A DNA stretch of 64,000 nt. Source: Vicugna vicugna. Taxonomy: Eukaryota. Of this stretch, positions 1 through 12,030 are shown in pieces; within the stretch, counting starts at the first letter, position 1; the number at the start of each line of letters is the position of its first letter. Location: NCBI GenBank assembly GCA_013265495.1, contig MU058451.1, positions 2,351,305 to 2,415,304 on the forward strand. The letters are read 5' to 3'. Under the pieces are notes generated by a model. That model made no database searches, had not been told where the DNA came from, and saw nothing but the letters and a program-made list of their open reading frames with translations. The position numbers were made by a program, and so were the translations under genes.

Positions 1-299
1 ACACTTGTTAAATAGACTATTATTATTTCTTTGCACAGTGACCTTCCTCTTCCTAAAATCTCCTCCATTAGAGTCCAATCCGCTTCAAGCTTTGGAAAGG
101 AATGTGCCCTTTTTCTTCCCTTAGGTCGTTTCTAGAAGTAAAGGGATGGAGGACAGGGTTCTTGGTGGCCCCTCTCAAGCAGGTGTTTCGGCTCTTGGTT
201 TCCAGTCCTGTGGCGACTGGTTGTCAACTCTGAGGGGAGAAGAAGTTGGGACCAAGAATGAAGAGTGAGAGCCAACCCCCAAGCCATGGGGTCAGGCCA

Positions 300-510
300 G
301 GAAGCCGCTCCTGCAGCGAATGGAAATGGTGCCTAATTCCCTCCTGAGACAGAGCTGAGGAGAGCACTGCCCAGAAGGGTCCTGGCGGGGAGGCGGAGGA
401 GGCCGGCGGGGGCGTTCTGAGGAGAGCGGGAGGGAGCATTGTGAAACTCCCCGAGGACCCGGGACAGACAAGCGGGCTTGCTCCTCCAACATCACAGAAT
501 TGCACCCGGA
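300..510. promoter_or_regulatory. Small GC/CpG-rich patch with GC-box-like motifs
   Basis: Local CpG cluster (ggcggggaggcggaggaggccggcgggggcg) in an otherwise CpG-depleted background. It is too short for a classical CpG island. Confidence 0.35.
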
Positions 511-989
511 ATATACTGATTTTTTATTCCGATTTATTTATGATCACAAAGGAAAGGCATGTTGATTTCTGGTTCTCTAATGAAGTGTTTTTGATGATGG
601 GATTTTTTTAAAAGCTAATATGTATTTATTAAGCTATTCCTAGGAAAAGAAGTTTTTTTGTTTTTTGTGGGTTTTCTTTTTTCATACTTCTTTGAAAAAG
701 ATTGCATTTTTCTCAAGAAGTTCTTACAGAACCCAGCCACAGAGGAAGACAAAGGCATTTTTACATTCGTCTTTTTTACATTCATCAGTGCTGGTTGAAT
801 ACATGTGAGGCTAAGGGTATTGCTAGGTACTGAGGATGAAGGCAGGTAAGACAGAGCCTGGGTCCTCAAGGAACTTGCAGCCCACAGAGGGAGGGAGATA
901 AATGCTCAGATGGAGAGTGAGGAGGAAAAGAAAGAAGCATGTGAGGAAGGAGGAAGAGATGGCTAAATTCCTGGAATAGCTCACATAAT

Positions 990-1270
990 CTGACCCGCTC
1001 AGACTCTCCATTTTGTTCTGAGTTAAAGCCAAGCCCCTACTCCCTCCGCCCTGGCCCCTTCCTCTCCAGCTGCATCTCCTCGTCTCTCACCGCTCCGGCC
1101 TTCCCCCCTCCACACCAGCCACACTGCCCGCACCAGACACACCTGCCCAGGTGCTTTCAACCTGCTGTTCTCTCTGCCCTCAACGCTCCCCCTGGAGGTA
1201 TGCCCAGGATGCCTTCTTCCTTCAGGCCTTTACTCAGCTGTCATCTTCACTGTGAAGCTCTCCTTCCACC
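990..1270 (+). mobile_element. L2 LINE fragment
   Basis: L2-type text such as cagccacactg...tgctgttctctctgcc...tccttcaggcctttactcagctgtcatcttcactgtgaagc. Confidence 0.55.
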
Positions 1271-1329
1271 CTCCACACACTCCATCATTCTTCCCGGCAT
1301 CACAAAACTCCCAAAGCAAATGGTGAACC

Positions 1330-1515
1330 CTCAAGGGTCCATAGGCTCCACCTTGAGGACTGCTGCATTCAGGTTCCAGGGGAGACTTGTTAACATCCAG
1401 CTGGTCCCCCAGAGATGCTGTTTTAGTGGCTCTAGAGAAGAGCCTGGGACTCTGCATTTTAAAAAGCAGCTCAAATGATGCTGATGTTGTGGTCCAGGAG
1501 CTCCCTTTGCAAAAA
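1330..1515. mobile_element. MER5A-like hAT-Charlie MITE
   Basis: ggggagacttgttaa...gcctgggactctgcattttaaaaagc...atgatgctgatgttgtggtccagg resembles MER5A. Confidence 0.65.
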
Positions 1516-2047
1516 TAAGGACAATGGGAAGCCATTGAAAGGTTCCAAACTGGTGTTGCCAAAAAAAAAAAAAAAAGAGTGGCCTCTGTCCCCCGATAGC
1601 CGAATTGAGAGTTGGAGGCATAGTTTGGGGAGTATAGAAAGCTGCATCGCTTTGCCAGCAAAGGACGTCATAGCAGGCTTACGCCGTAAAGACCGGGAGC
1701 CCCTCTTGAGGTTTGGGTCTTGAAATTTTACAGAAAAGGTGGTAACGATCAGGGCATTCTACAGGTGTTAACATTCCTGTCACCTCAGTGAAGCTGCAGG
1801 AGGAGCTCCCGGAGGGCCTGCCCGTTCTTCTGAGACTATCAACCTGTTATCTCCTCCCTGGAGCATAGCCTCTGGGTTGAAGTTATTCTCACTAAAGAGT
1901 GAGTCCGCAGACAGTTCTCACATCAGGGAAGTCCGTTTGCTACTTTGCTTTATGCTCCTTCACTGGGAGAGTGACAAGATACATCAGGCCCAAAGGGAGC
2001 CCTGGGGGCCACAGTCCTAATTTCCAAGAGGTCGCTGGGGTCCAAAT

Positions 2048-2274
2048 CAAGAGTCAGCTAACTACGTCCTGTGGGTGAAATCTGGTCCTCCACCTGTTTG
2101 CGCAAATAACGTTCTCTTGGAACACGATCGTACCCATTCTTTTACCTAATTGTCGACAGCGGCTCTCATGCTAGAACTGCAGGGTTGAGTAGCTGTGACA
2201 GAGACTATAAGGCTGCCAAAGCAAAAAAATATTGACTATCTGAGACTTTTTAGAAAAAAATTTGCCAATCCCTG
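2048..2274 (+). mobile_element. MER58A-like hAT-Charlie MITE, near full length
   Basis: Colinear with the MER58A consensus (aactacg..aaatctggtcc..ttggaacac..gttgagtagctgtgacagagac..tttgccaatccctg). Confidence 0.8.
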
Positions 2275-2589
2275 GTCTAAACCAAGGGCTGGAAGGCAGA
2301 GAGGAAAAGTGATCAATATTTGGAGAGAAGACCAGATGAGCAGATGGGGTGAGGTGAGGGTGGGGAGGGAGGAGCTGAACCCCCAGGGATGGGCCCCGGG
2401 TCTCAAGCTCAGACCACCGGGTGAAAGTGATACCTCCAAATGAGATCTGTGCAGCTAGAAGAGGCCCAGGGTTTTCATGAGGATGGTAACTATATGTTTT
2501 GGAATATATATTTTCCATGCTTAACATACAGTTTCATTGAGATTTTCTGTAGTTCGTCCCTATCAGGTTGGTATTTGCCTCTCAGAAAT

Positions 2590-2770
2590 AAGGGTAAGAG
2601 TGTTATCAGAGGAACCCCAGGCACTAATCTAAAATGCATTGCCTCATTTATCCCCATCAATGAAAAGGTGCAATTATTTTCATTTTATAGATCAGCAAAA
2701 ATGAACTTAGAGGCTAAATAATGTACCCAAGGACAGATCTGTTAGATTCCAGAGTTCTTAATGTTGCTCT
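2590..2770 (-). mobile_element. MIR SINE fragment
   Basis: Core similarity: cattttatagat...aacttagaggctaaataatgtacccaaggac. Confidence 0.5.
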
Positions 2771-3569
2771 TTGCAAAAAGGTCTACTTTGTATGTTGTAT
2801 GGTTTGCAAAGGTGGTTTCTAAAAAACCACTCCCAGTGACAGGTAATAGAGGATTCAGTTGTTTGTGCATTTCTACCCAGAGCTTGTCTTACCCTTTGCT
2901 TCCTGTTTCTAAGTCAGTTTCTGATCCATAACAAAACATTACACTTAATCCCATTTACAGTAACTGAATATTTTTACAATCAGTTGTGGCGAGACTGGCC
3001 AAGAATTTTTCAATAGGTTAAATAAAATAAAATACTTCCACTGGTAATTTGTTCACACGGATTGATAACTTCAGAACCAGAGTAGGTGATCCAAAGTGAA
3101 ATTCATGGTGCCTCTCATAGCCCGAGGGAGCACACTGAGTATCCCCAAGCTGATAGTGTCCCCACTGACTTTTAGCACAAACTTCACTGTTGTCGCATTA
3201 AAGCTGAGTTCATTTCACAGCCAAGAGGAAGAAAAGTGAAATCTTTACTCACTTTATTTTTCTCCCTCAGCCAGAGAGCATGGCAGATCTGCTACCAGAG
3301 AGTCAAAAATGAAGAGAACTGGGTTTATTCACCAGTTTACTTCAAGGAAGACAATACAATAATCTCTTGCTAACTTGGGACTGCTTTCCTACGAAAGGTT
3401 GAGATTGAAAAGGAAGGAGGGGATAGCAACAGGAAAAATAGTAAAATGATATGAAAATTTAAAAAAAACCACACATAGTGAGTGGCAGTTTTAGAACATA
3501 TCCACTTCCAAATTTGTTGCCGTTAAGAACCTGTTCCAGTTCATAGCTCTTCCCTTATTTCCCTCTTCT

Positions 3570-3950
3570 GTGGCCTCTCATTGTAAATGAAATAAAATCT
3601 GAACTCTATACTGTTGCCTCCAGTTCCCTAATGATCTGACCCTCACTGTCATACTGGCTTCTGTGGGGTCCTCAAGGCCATGATCCTCTCCACACAAGGC
3701 CTTTGACCCTCAGACTTTTCCCCTGCTCCTCATCCTTCAGTTTTTGGCTCCAGTTTGACTCAGATGGGCTGTCCAGGGGTGCCCAATCATTCTCTGAGCA
3801 TCCTTGGTTTACTTTCTTTATGGCATACATGATCAGCAGTACTCTTGTTTATGTATTGATTTAGTTGTCTGTCTTCTGTCTGCCCCACTAGAATGCAAAT
3901 TCCATAAAGTTAGAAGCTGTATTTGCTTTTTCAGTGATATGACTTGAATG
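3570..3950 (+). mobile_element. L2 3' fragment
   Basis: tgtctgccccactagaatgcaaattccataaag is typical of the L2 3' end. Confidence 0.5.
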
Positions 3951-3958
3951 CATAAGAT

Positions 3959-4546
3959 TGTTAAAAAATAAAATAAAATTCAACTGAGTAAATTTAAACA
4001 TCAAATTGGCTTTACTTAGTAATTTATGAATTTTGGGGAAAGGGTATAGCTCAAGTGGTGGAGCACATGCTTAGCATACACAAGGTATGGGGTCCAATCC
4101 CTAGTACCTCCTCTAAAAATAAATAAATAGATAAATAAGTTAACCTAACTACCTATCCCCACAAAAAATGAATTAAAAATTTTAAAGTGAGGTTAAAAAT
4201 AATTTATAAATTGGGCAGTCGCCCTTAGCAGACAGAAAGGAGCTCTGAAGAGCTGCACAAAATGCAAGACTTTTATAGGCGGAAGGAGGTAGGGCAAGGA
4301 GATTATTCTAACAAACAGCGGATTGTTTCTGGCAAGGTCACTTTCCTTTGAGGGAGAGTGGGGGTCTGTCAGGCAGATTACCTCACTAGTGCTGACCAGG
4401 TAATTCCAGAATGACTGGTTAAAGTTCACATTCCTGGGAGAGGCTGAAACTGAAATTCGGTTAGATATTAAGTCTTGGCTTGCTGATGTGTGGGGCTTAG
4501 CACAAGTGACTCCATTTTGGGCCCATTGCTTCCTTTTTTAAAAACA
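3959..4546 (-). mobile_element. ERV1-type 3' LTR interrupted by a SINE
   Basis: TG...CA termini (tgttaaaaa at 3959; aaaaca ending 4546). A minus-strand polypurine tract (aaaagggagact, 4547-4558) directly abuts the LTR. Confidence 0.75.
4035..4199 (+). mobile_element. Camelid Vic-1-type tRNA-derived SINE
   Basis: tRNA-like head with A/B boxes (gggtatagctcaagtggt...ggtccaatccc), (AAAT)n tail, and 13-bp TSD taatttat(g/a)aatt at 4020-4032 and 4200-4212. Confidence 0.9.
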
Positions 4547-5463
4547 AGTCTCCCTTTTAATAAAACTTTCAGTTTAACTGAGAAATGACAACCAAAATGT
4601 AAGGCATTAGTGCTACATCTCGACACCACTCTGAAGTTCTAACAGTTTTTGCTGATACTCTGAATGAAATGACTTCTGATTCACATTTCTTAAGTTGGTT
4701 ATTCTCTTCAGTCCCTTTTTGATGTTCCAGTCTTCAGGACACCATTCAGTTAGTGGCTGCAAACATGCATTTAAAGCTTTTGAGAGAATACAGTACACCA
4801 GGAAGTCTATTATAATTATTATAAGCAAGTTAATTCCCAATGTCTGGAGTGCACTTCAGAGCAGTGGCCCCTAAGATGCAAACCAATCAAAATAAAATTA
4901 GTCAAAGAAAGACCCTGTTGAAGGAGTCACTTTCATAAGCCAGTTTTCTTAAGTAACCAAGGACCCTAATGAAGAATCTTTGTTTTCTAGGCAGATTACT
5001 TTAAAGGGTAAATAAAAGCCTTTTACAATCTCTTATCAAGAGCTGATCAACAATCTAAGGAAACTTTGTCCTTTTAACAGAGAGAAAATCAAAGTTTAAT
5101 TTTGCACTTTAATTTATTTTTAATTTTGATATTAAAATTAATTTTGATGTCAAAACTCTTTTTTGTTTTTTTACTCAAATAAAGTAATTTTAGTCTTAGC
5201 CAGCTTGGTCACACATAAAATTCCTTTCCAAAGATTTTTTTTCCCACAAACTTTCCACAACTTTCTGTTTTTGTATCCAGATTTTGTCCTGTTTTTCCTC
5301 TTTCTAATTCTGAAATAATCAGTCTCGCTTTAGAGCAAAATTACTTTCTTTTCCCTCAACAAAATGCATCTCTATTCCACTATCATCTTTTACGAAAAAT
5401 ACATTGTTTCCCTGCTTACAGGGATGTTTACCTTATTATTTCTAGTAGTTTTAATTACATATA

Positions 5464-5690
5464 CAGTTGACCTTTAAACAACGTGGGGATTTGGATGCTG
5501 ACCACCCCTCTCCCCCACCACCATGTAGTAGAAAATCCATTCATAAATTTTAAGTTGACCCTTCATATTCAGTTTCACATCCTCAGATTCCACCAACTGT
5601 GGATAGGATAGTACTGTAGTACACATTTATTAAAAAAAAATCAGTGGATGTATGCAGTTCAAACTCATGTCGTTTAAGAACCAACTACAG
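5464..5690. mobile_element. Tigger2/MER8-like TcMar MITE nested in the ERV
   Basis: TIR-like ends cagttgacctttaaacaac and gtcgtttaagaaccaact, flanked by TA dinucleotides. Confidence 0.75.
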
Positions 5691-5820
5691 TAGAATTTTT
5701 AATGCTTAAAAACCTTAAATTTTAGTGAAAGGAGTGAATAATTGTGCACTGCCTTTTATGTTACTACAACTGAATACTGAGTATTTGCTCAGATCATGTG
5801 AACTTGAAAAGTGTGCGTTA

Positions 5821-5867
5821 TTTCTATTATATTTTTGAGAATTTTTTCTATTATATTTTTGAGAATT
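5821..5867. repeat. Tandem duplication, 24-bp period
   Basis: tttctattatatttttgagaatt occurs twice. Confidence 0.85.
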
Positions 5868-7158
5868 AAGAATACTTAATTCATTAAGTGTTGAATTTTC
5901 TTTAAACCAGTTAAATAGAGCTCTTTTACAAATTAATTTTGGTACTACCATCATCAGAGGTAGAAAAACACCACACATCTACAACACATACATACGCATA
6001 CATGCAAACATACAGACATATGTAAACAGAGAACTTACAGCTTCTGTTCTAAGGTTTTAGCCATGAATCAGGTACAATGATACAAAACTCACTATATATA
6101 AAATAAGTTGTATTCAAATTGTGTTTGTAGCAAATGAAATAAGATTACCTTCTCAGATGGCTAAAGCTTTTGCTGATATTTGTGGAGAAGACACAGATTG
6201 TTCATTTGCCCAAATCTTAAATAACATTTCCCCCTTTTGTTTTCCTTCAGCGAAGAATTACCTCCCTGAAGTTTTTATTTCAAAGAGATGACCTAGATAA
6301 GAGTTCCTGGAGAAGACCAAGTAGAACATTTACATCTCAAAAGCGCAGGGAAAGAATGCAAGTTCCTCCAAGAAGGACTTTTGCTCCCTAAGGCCAGAGG
6401 TGTTTGTTTTTTGTTTTTTGTTTTTTTTTTTACAATATCTACAAAATTTTTGTGATGAACAAGTGAGGTTAATTGTTTCAAAGTCTAGGTGGACTCTGAA
6501 TCATTTTGAGAGCTGCATTTCTGGTCTTACAAAGTTTTGTTGGATAAAGATAGTTGCTTCTCATTCTTTGAAGAATTGGGTTGTAGCCTAAATGATACAA
6601 AGGGCTGAACTGCAACCACATTATTCTGAATTTGCTTCTTTACATCAGGGAGAAGATTTTCAACTAAGAAAGAAATCAAAAGAATTAGGGCTTTATCTTT
6701 GGAATGTTTTTCTTTCCCTCTGGGTACATTTAATTTTGAGGAGAAAGCCTACAAAAATTTCCTATCAGGCATTTTCAAAAATCCTTTTAAATATCTTGTA
6801 ACAATCCCATCAACTCAAGAGGTGTCTCCCAAGAGGGTGCAAAGATATTTTATTTTTCTCTTTCCTGGGTACTACAGACAAGAGATTTGGAAGAGCTGAC
6901 TGTGGTAAGAATTCTCACCCTTAGCTGACTTCTGCCAGTTTTCCCAGGACCCCTTCTGTAGGCTTTGGCATCTACCAGAATTTGGCAAGGTTTTCCATTA
7001 ATTTTGATTTTAGTTTCTCTTGGCTGTTTAAAGGAATAGTGTAGCAATTTACCAGAAAATCCCTCAGAGACTCATCAACTCTGAGAGGGGGCCATATGGG
7101 ATCCTCCTTCAAGGGTACATATGGGGACGTCTGTAAGGCCACTAACTTGGTTTACAGT

Positions 7159-7215
7159 CTTGTTCCAAAGTCCTTTCAAAGTGCTCAGCTTGTTCCAAAG
7201 TCCTTTCAAAGTGCT
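7159..7215. repeat. Tandem duplication, 30-bp period
   Basis: cttgttccaaagtcctttcaaagtgct occurs twice, identical. Confidence 0.9.
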
Positions 7216-8944
7216 AAGCTATGCTTCAGTCAGACTAGTGGCCTCTCACCTTATTTTCTGCCTTTTTATCAATCTCCTTATCTCTGGAGATGATCCATTT
7301 ACAAAGCCTTTTGCGGATTCTCCCTGGGTTTAGGAAATTCTTCAACTTAATTCAGTCTTTGACCAAAAAGTAAGATACCTAAAGAGGATTGCCTGTAGCC
7401 TCCAGTTATCTTACTTAAAAAGGTAACTGTTTGATAGTCTCTTCAGGGTGGAAAGGCAATTCAGACATAGGGTTCCTAGAATGAGTGCTCAAATGAAAGA
7501 GAACAAAGGCAGGCCATAGGAGTTACGTCAGTCTTACAGTCTTTGGCTTCAGGTACCTCTTATGTCTTTAATTTTTCATTAGCCTTGGACATCAACTCTT
7601 TCAATGAAGCTGTTTAGGAGTTTTGAAGTCTTTTGGAGTCTTCTGCACACAGTTGAGAAATACTGGCTTTTCCAGGACCAAACTGAACCTCATGTATGTA
7701 AAAAGATCTAAGACCAACTTATTTAGCTATAAATTTAAAATTGGCTAGTGAAGGATTATTACACATTTCCATTTCCACACAGTCTCCTTTTCTGTGCAGA
7801 TAGGACCTCATCACCATCTAATAAGACTCAGTAATGCCTGAGCCAAGAATACACATTGCTGGAAATCAACAGGCAGGAGGAAGGGCTAGTAATATCAGTG
7901 ACCAGCATCACACCCAAATTACTGTCTTGTTGACTTGTGGGTTTGTGCAAATTTATGAGGGAGGCCACAGGCAGGGCATAAAACAATGAGCTGCTGCATC
8001 TGGTGTAACAGATTTGCTGCTGAATACATGTTAGTGGGAATGGAAACTGGAGACTGGAGAAGGCACCATGCTATCCTGGGGTGCAGGGCAGTGTGTGTTG
8101 GCAGCCTAGACTCGGCCCCACAATAACTCAGCCCTCACAGGCAGTTGGGCCAGAGAGATTTATGGACTCCAAGGAACGTGTGCGACCAAGGCTGCTCAAA
8201 GAGGGTCATACATTGTGAAATTCTGACTGTCAAATAACATGTTGGGGTTTCTTCAGTGGTCCCAAGACTTAGAGATTACATCTTTAACACATCAATAACT
8301 TAGCCTCTGGTTAGCAAGGTTCACTGGGGCATGACTAATCAGCGGATGAAAGTGTCTTTGTGGGGATTAACTTTAATGAAAAGAAAAGGAATAGTTATTT
8401 GGGGAGTTTGAAATCTTCCATAAATCAAAGCGAACACTGACAAAGCAGGTTCATAAGGTAAGAATGAAGCCATTGTGGGGAAAATTAAGGAACAGCTACT
8501 TTTTATATAAATCACAGGCCAGGGCTACATTGGTTGAGGATTCCATGGGAACAGGACCGTTTAACTTGTTCAGGTGTAAAGGAGTAATATTTGGAAGGAA
8601 GCTCAACTCTCCTTAAGGGAAACCAGATGTCCTGTGTCCTTATTAACCCTTTCCCACTGACATGCAAAGTAATCTGGCAATGGGCTTATTGAATCTTTGA
8701 GGGAGTGATCTCCAGTTATTCCGAATCCAGTTTTCAAAGAACATCTCAACCCATCCTTACTTAAGGGCCCTGTAGTTCAAAGTCCATCCCGGATACCATG
8801 GGAACAACTCCATGCAGGCCACCAATCACTTAAGAAAGATGACTCTCTGTCCCACTGAGAACTTAGGCAGTAGATTTACAAGAATAAGCTGGACTCCACC
8901 GTAGTCGAGTGATTAAAGTTTACTCCACTAGTAATGAGTAAAAC

Positions 8945-9620
8945 TAGCATGACATCCCTCCTGAAGCGACGCATCGAGGGGGACCCAACATCACCAATTT
9001 GCATTTCTGCCAAACGTGTAACCTGAGCCTAATCATGGGGAAACTACTAGATAAACCCAGATAGAGGGGAAATCTATTAAATAGATTTTTTAAACAGTTC
9101 TCTTTAAAAAAATTTTTTTTTTTCGTAAAAGACAAAGAAATTCAGAGCAACCATTCCTGAATAAAGGAGACCAAAGAGAATGGCAACTAAACCAATGTGT
9201 CATCCTGGACTGGGTTCTCCTCAAGAAAAAGTTGCTATAAAAGCATTGGGGTATTTGAGAAACGTACGTTTGACTCCTGCTTTAGTAACAGTACTGTATC
9301 AATGTTAAATTTCTTGAATTTCATAATTAAATAGCATTATAAGAGACTATCCTAGCTTCTGAAGGATACACCTAGAAATATTTTGAGGTTAAATTTCAAG
9401 ATGCCTGCAGCTTATTCTCAAAGGGTTCAGAAAAATATTACATATATAATATATATATATATTTAGAGAGAGAGAGAAACTGAGACAGAGAAAGACAGAG
9501 AGACAGAAAAGTAGCAAAACATTAACTAACAATTGGTGAATTTAAATGAAAATACCTAGGAGTTTACAGTGTTCTCATAATTTTTGTGGAGGTCTGTATT
9601 TTTTTTAGATAAAAAGTAAA
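8945..9620 (+). mobile_element. Old L1 3' UTR fragment (L1MC-like) with a (TA)n(GA)n tract
   Basis: cctaatcatggggaaactactagataaaccc...tatcaatgttaaatttcttgaatttcataatt is typical of L1MC 3' ends. Confidence 0.65.
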
Positions 9621-9769
9621 AAAATGAAATGAATCAGATATACTTTAAGAATAGTAAATGGAGGGGGGAATTCACATATTTCTTTAAAATTTTTTTTAGC
9701 TGAGGTCTGGTTGCTAGTCAGTCAGTGACAGTCTATTCGGAAGTGTGCGATATGAAAGACATGGTTCAT

Positions 9770-10070
9770 ATTATAAGCTAGGAATGCTTTTGACTTCAAG
9801 TTTAATAAGCCAGACTTACACAGATATGAATCTTTGTTTCTCACATCAGCTGTTCTGGAACTGGTGAGAAGCTTCCTGGGCTCTTATCCTTTCATTCTGC
9901 ATTTTTAATGGATCGGCTTTTTGTCTCATGGATACAAGATGGCTGCAGCACTTCGAGGCATCATGTCTTCCTTCCAGGAGGAAAAGAGGTGGAATAAGAA
10001 AGAAGAAGTGCATCTGTTTAGAAAAGCAACAGCTTTTCCAGAAACTTCCAGAGGCTAGTTACAGGTAAAT
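9770..10070 (-). mobile_element. MLT1J/K-like MaLR LTR fragment
   Basis: caagatggctgcagcacttcgaggcatcatgtcttccttccagg motif. Confidence 0.5.
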
Positions 10071-10154
10071 ATACTCAAAACATGTCTATTTTCTAGATAC
10101 TCCTTCTCTTGATCATGAAATTATGTATTATGAAATATTAGAGAAAGAGTGGTA

Positions 10155-10262
10155 ACTAGGAGCCTGAAGACTGGGTTCAGTCCTGGTGCTTTCACTCTCT
10201 ATGTGATGTTACACAAGTCAGTCAACATTTCTGGACCTCCATTTTCTTAGTTTTAAAATGAG
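10155..10262 (+). mobile_element. MIR fragment followed by a short antisense L1 tail (about 10266-10305)
   Basis: ggagcctgaagactgggttcagtcctgg...tttcttagttttaaaatg, then ttttattgagttacagtc, which resembles the reverse complement of the L1 end at about 29600. Confidence 0.55.
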
Positions 10263-10369
10263 AACTTTTTTTTAAACTTTTTTTTTATTGAGTTACAGTC
10301 AGTTTAACTGGATTAGCTCGAGTTCTCTTCCAGCAATAACAATCTATGATTGTATAATATTTCCTAGTG

Positions 10370-10850
10370 TTTATGGGTACTTTTATCTGAAGTGTACACA
10401 GCTCTGACTGAAACTGGCTTAAATAACTAGGAAATTTATTCTGTCACGAAAGAAGAAGGCTGGGTAGACCTGGGTTCGGGTGGTTTGATTTAACTTCTTA
10501 ACAGCATCACCATGAGCATTTCCAGCTCCTTCCATTGCGCTGCTCTGCTCCTGCTGGAACTGGCTTCATGTTCACGCTGTCGATGCAGCTATTCCAGGCG
10601 GTGTATCCGGATAAGGTGCTGTGCACAAGAAGAGGAAAAGGCATCTAGTCCCGCAGTGTTCTCACAGAAGAGATGGAACTTACCCAGCAGCCTCCTGGCA
10701 GACTTCCTCCTATGTCTACTAGACAGAATTGACTTGTGTGTGGGTCCTGAGTTGTCACTGAAAGGAGAGTTAGAATTACCTAGTTGGTTTAGACGAACAG
10801 GCTTAGACCAATTATCTGAGGTCAAAGAGATTTGGGGTAGTCAACCATAA
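10370..10850 (-). mobile_element. MLT1J/K/L-like MaLR LTR fragment
   Basis: gactgaaactggcttaaataa..ggaaatttatt and cagcagcctcctggcagacttcctcctatgtct motifs. Confidence 0.5.
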
Positions 10851-10856
10851 TGTATT

Positions 10857-10900
10857 TGTATCAGTCAGGGTTCTCCACAGAAACAGAACCAATAGGAAAT

Positions 10901-10961
<61 letters not shown>

Positions 10962-11309
10962 TTATTTCAGGAATTGGTTCACATGGTTAGGAGACTGAGA
11001 AACCCCACAATCTGGTGTCTGAAAGCTGGAAATCCAGCAAAGCCAGTGGCATAATTCAGTCCAAGTCCAAAGGCCTGAGAACCAGCAGCTCCAATGTCCA
11101 AGGGCAGCAATTTGCTCTTCCTTCCCCTTTTTGTGGATTGGATGGTGACCACCCACATTGGTGAGGGTAATCTCTTTACACAGTCTACTGAATCAAATGT
11201 AGAATATCTTCCAGGAACACCCTCACAGAAACATCCAGAAATAACATTGTCCCAGCTATCTGGGCATCCCTTAGCCCCATCAAGTTGACACATAAAATTA
11301 ACCATCACA
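10857..11309 (-). mobile_element. MLT2 (ERVL) solo LTR
   Basis: Termini tgtatcagtcagggttctcc and caagttgacacataaaattaaccatcaca; 5-bp TSD gtatt/gtgtt. Confidence 0.9.
10901..10960. repeat. (TAGA)15 microsatellite
   Basis: Perfect tetranucleotide run inside the MLT2 LTR. Confidence 0.95.
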
Positions 11310-11710
11310 GTGTTCTTTACCTAGAATGGGGAACTATTCTGGAAAATAATTTTTCTTCCAGATACCACAGGAGGGTTCATACATATCAAAGGCTCAAATA
11401 CACTTGCTCATCCCCCTAAATCAACATATTGGCCACTTTCACTATTGTTTCTTTTATCGCGATTAAAAAAAAATCGTAGTGTATTCACACTTCACAGGAG
11501 ACTATGTCTTTCAAATAAAAGATTGTGTTGGTTTCAGCTCTGACACTGTCTTCTCTAAGAAGACACAGAACTTAGAACACAGAAACTTATTTTTGACTGG
11601 ATCTGTAGATTTTCTCCATCCAATTCCACTGGCCACTGTTAATAATTAAAAGGGAGAGACTCTTTAGGTTTAGTTATTAATGAGCTAACATATAAGATTT
11701 ATTACATTCC

Positions 11711-11847
11711 AGAGGGTAAGGTAAAGCTCAGTGGTAGAGTGCATGCATAGCGTACACGAGGTCCTGGGCTCAAACCGTAGTACCTCCATTTAAATAAATA
11801 AATAAATCAACTTAATTACCTACCCCCCCACACCAAAAAAAAAGAAA
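11711..11847 (+). mobile_element. Vic-1-type tRNA-derived SINE
   Basis: agctcagtggtagagtgcatgcatagcgtacacgaggtcctgggctc...(AAAT)n...ttaattacctacccccc with A tail. Confidence 0.9.
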
Positions 11848-11854
11848 GTCTTGA

Positions 11855-12030
11855 CTTACTGTAGAGCACAGGAAATTACACTCAATTTCTTGTAGTAACA
11901 TATAATGAAAAAGAATTTGAAAAGAAAATATGTATGTATGTGTATGTATAAACGAATTGTTCTGCTGTACACCTGAAACTAACATGTAAATCAACTACAC
12001 TTCAATAAAAATTTTTTAAAATTTTTTTAA
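11855..12030 (+). mobile_element. L1 3' terminal fragment (artiodactyl/L1MA9-like)
   Basis: gctgtacacctgaaactaac...aaatcaactacacttcaataaaaa. Confidence 0.8.

Larger units (their letters stand above)
4547..7760 (-). mobile_element. Degenerate ERV1 internal region (MER4-group-like) with gag and protease remnants
   Basis: Minus strand gives FVNGSSPEIRRLIKRQ (7258-7305, Gag capsid-like) and INGKPCQILVDA (6967-7002, decayed retropepsin LVDTGA motif), followed by a long AT-rich region running to the PPT/LTR. Confidence 0.7.

Noticed and set aside
4035..4110. tRNA-like sequences (also about 11711, 19740 and 26060)
   Set aside because: They are SINE heads with AT-rich tails and (in three of four) TSD-like flanks, not tRNA genes.
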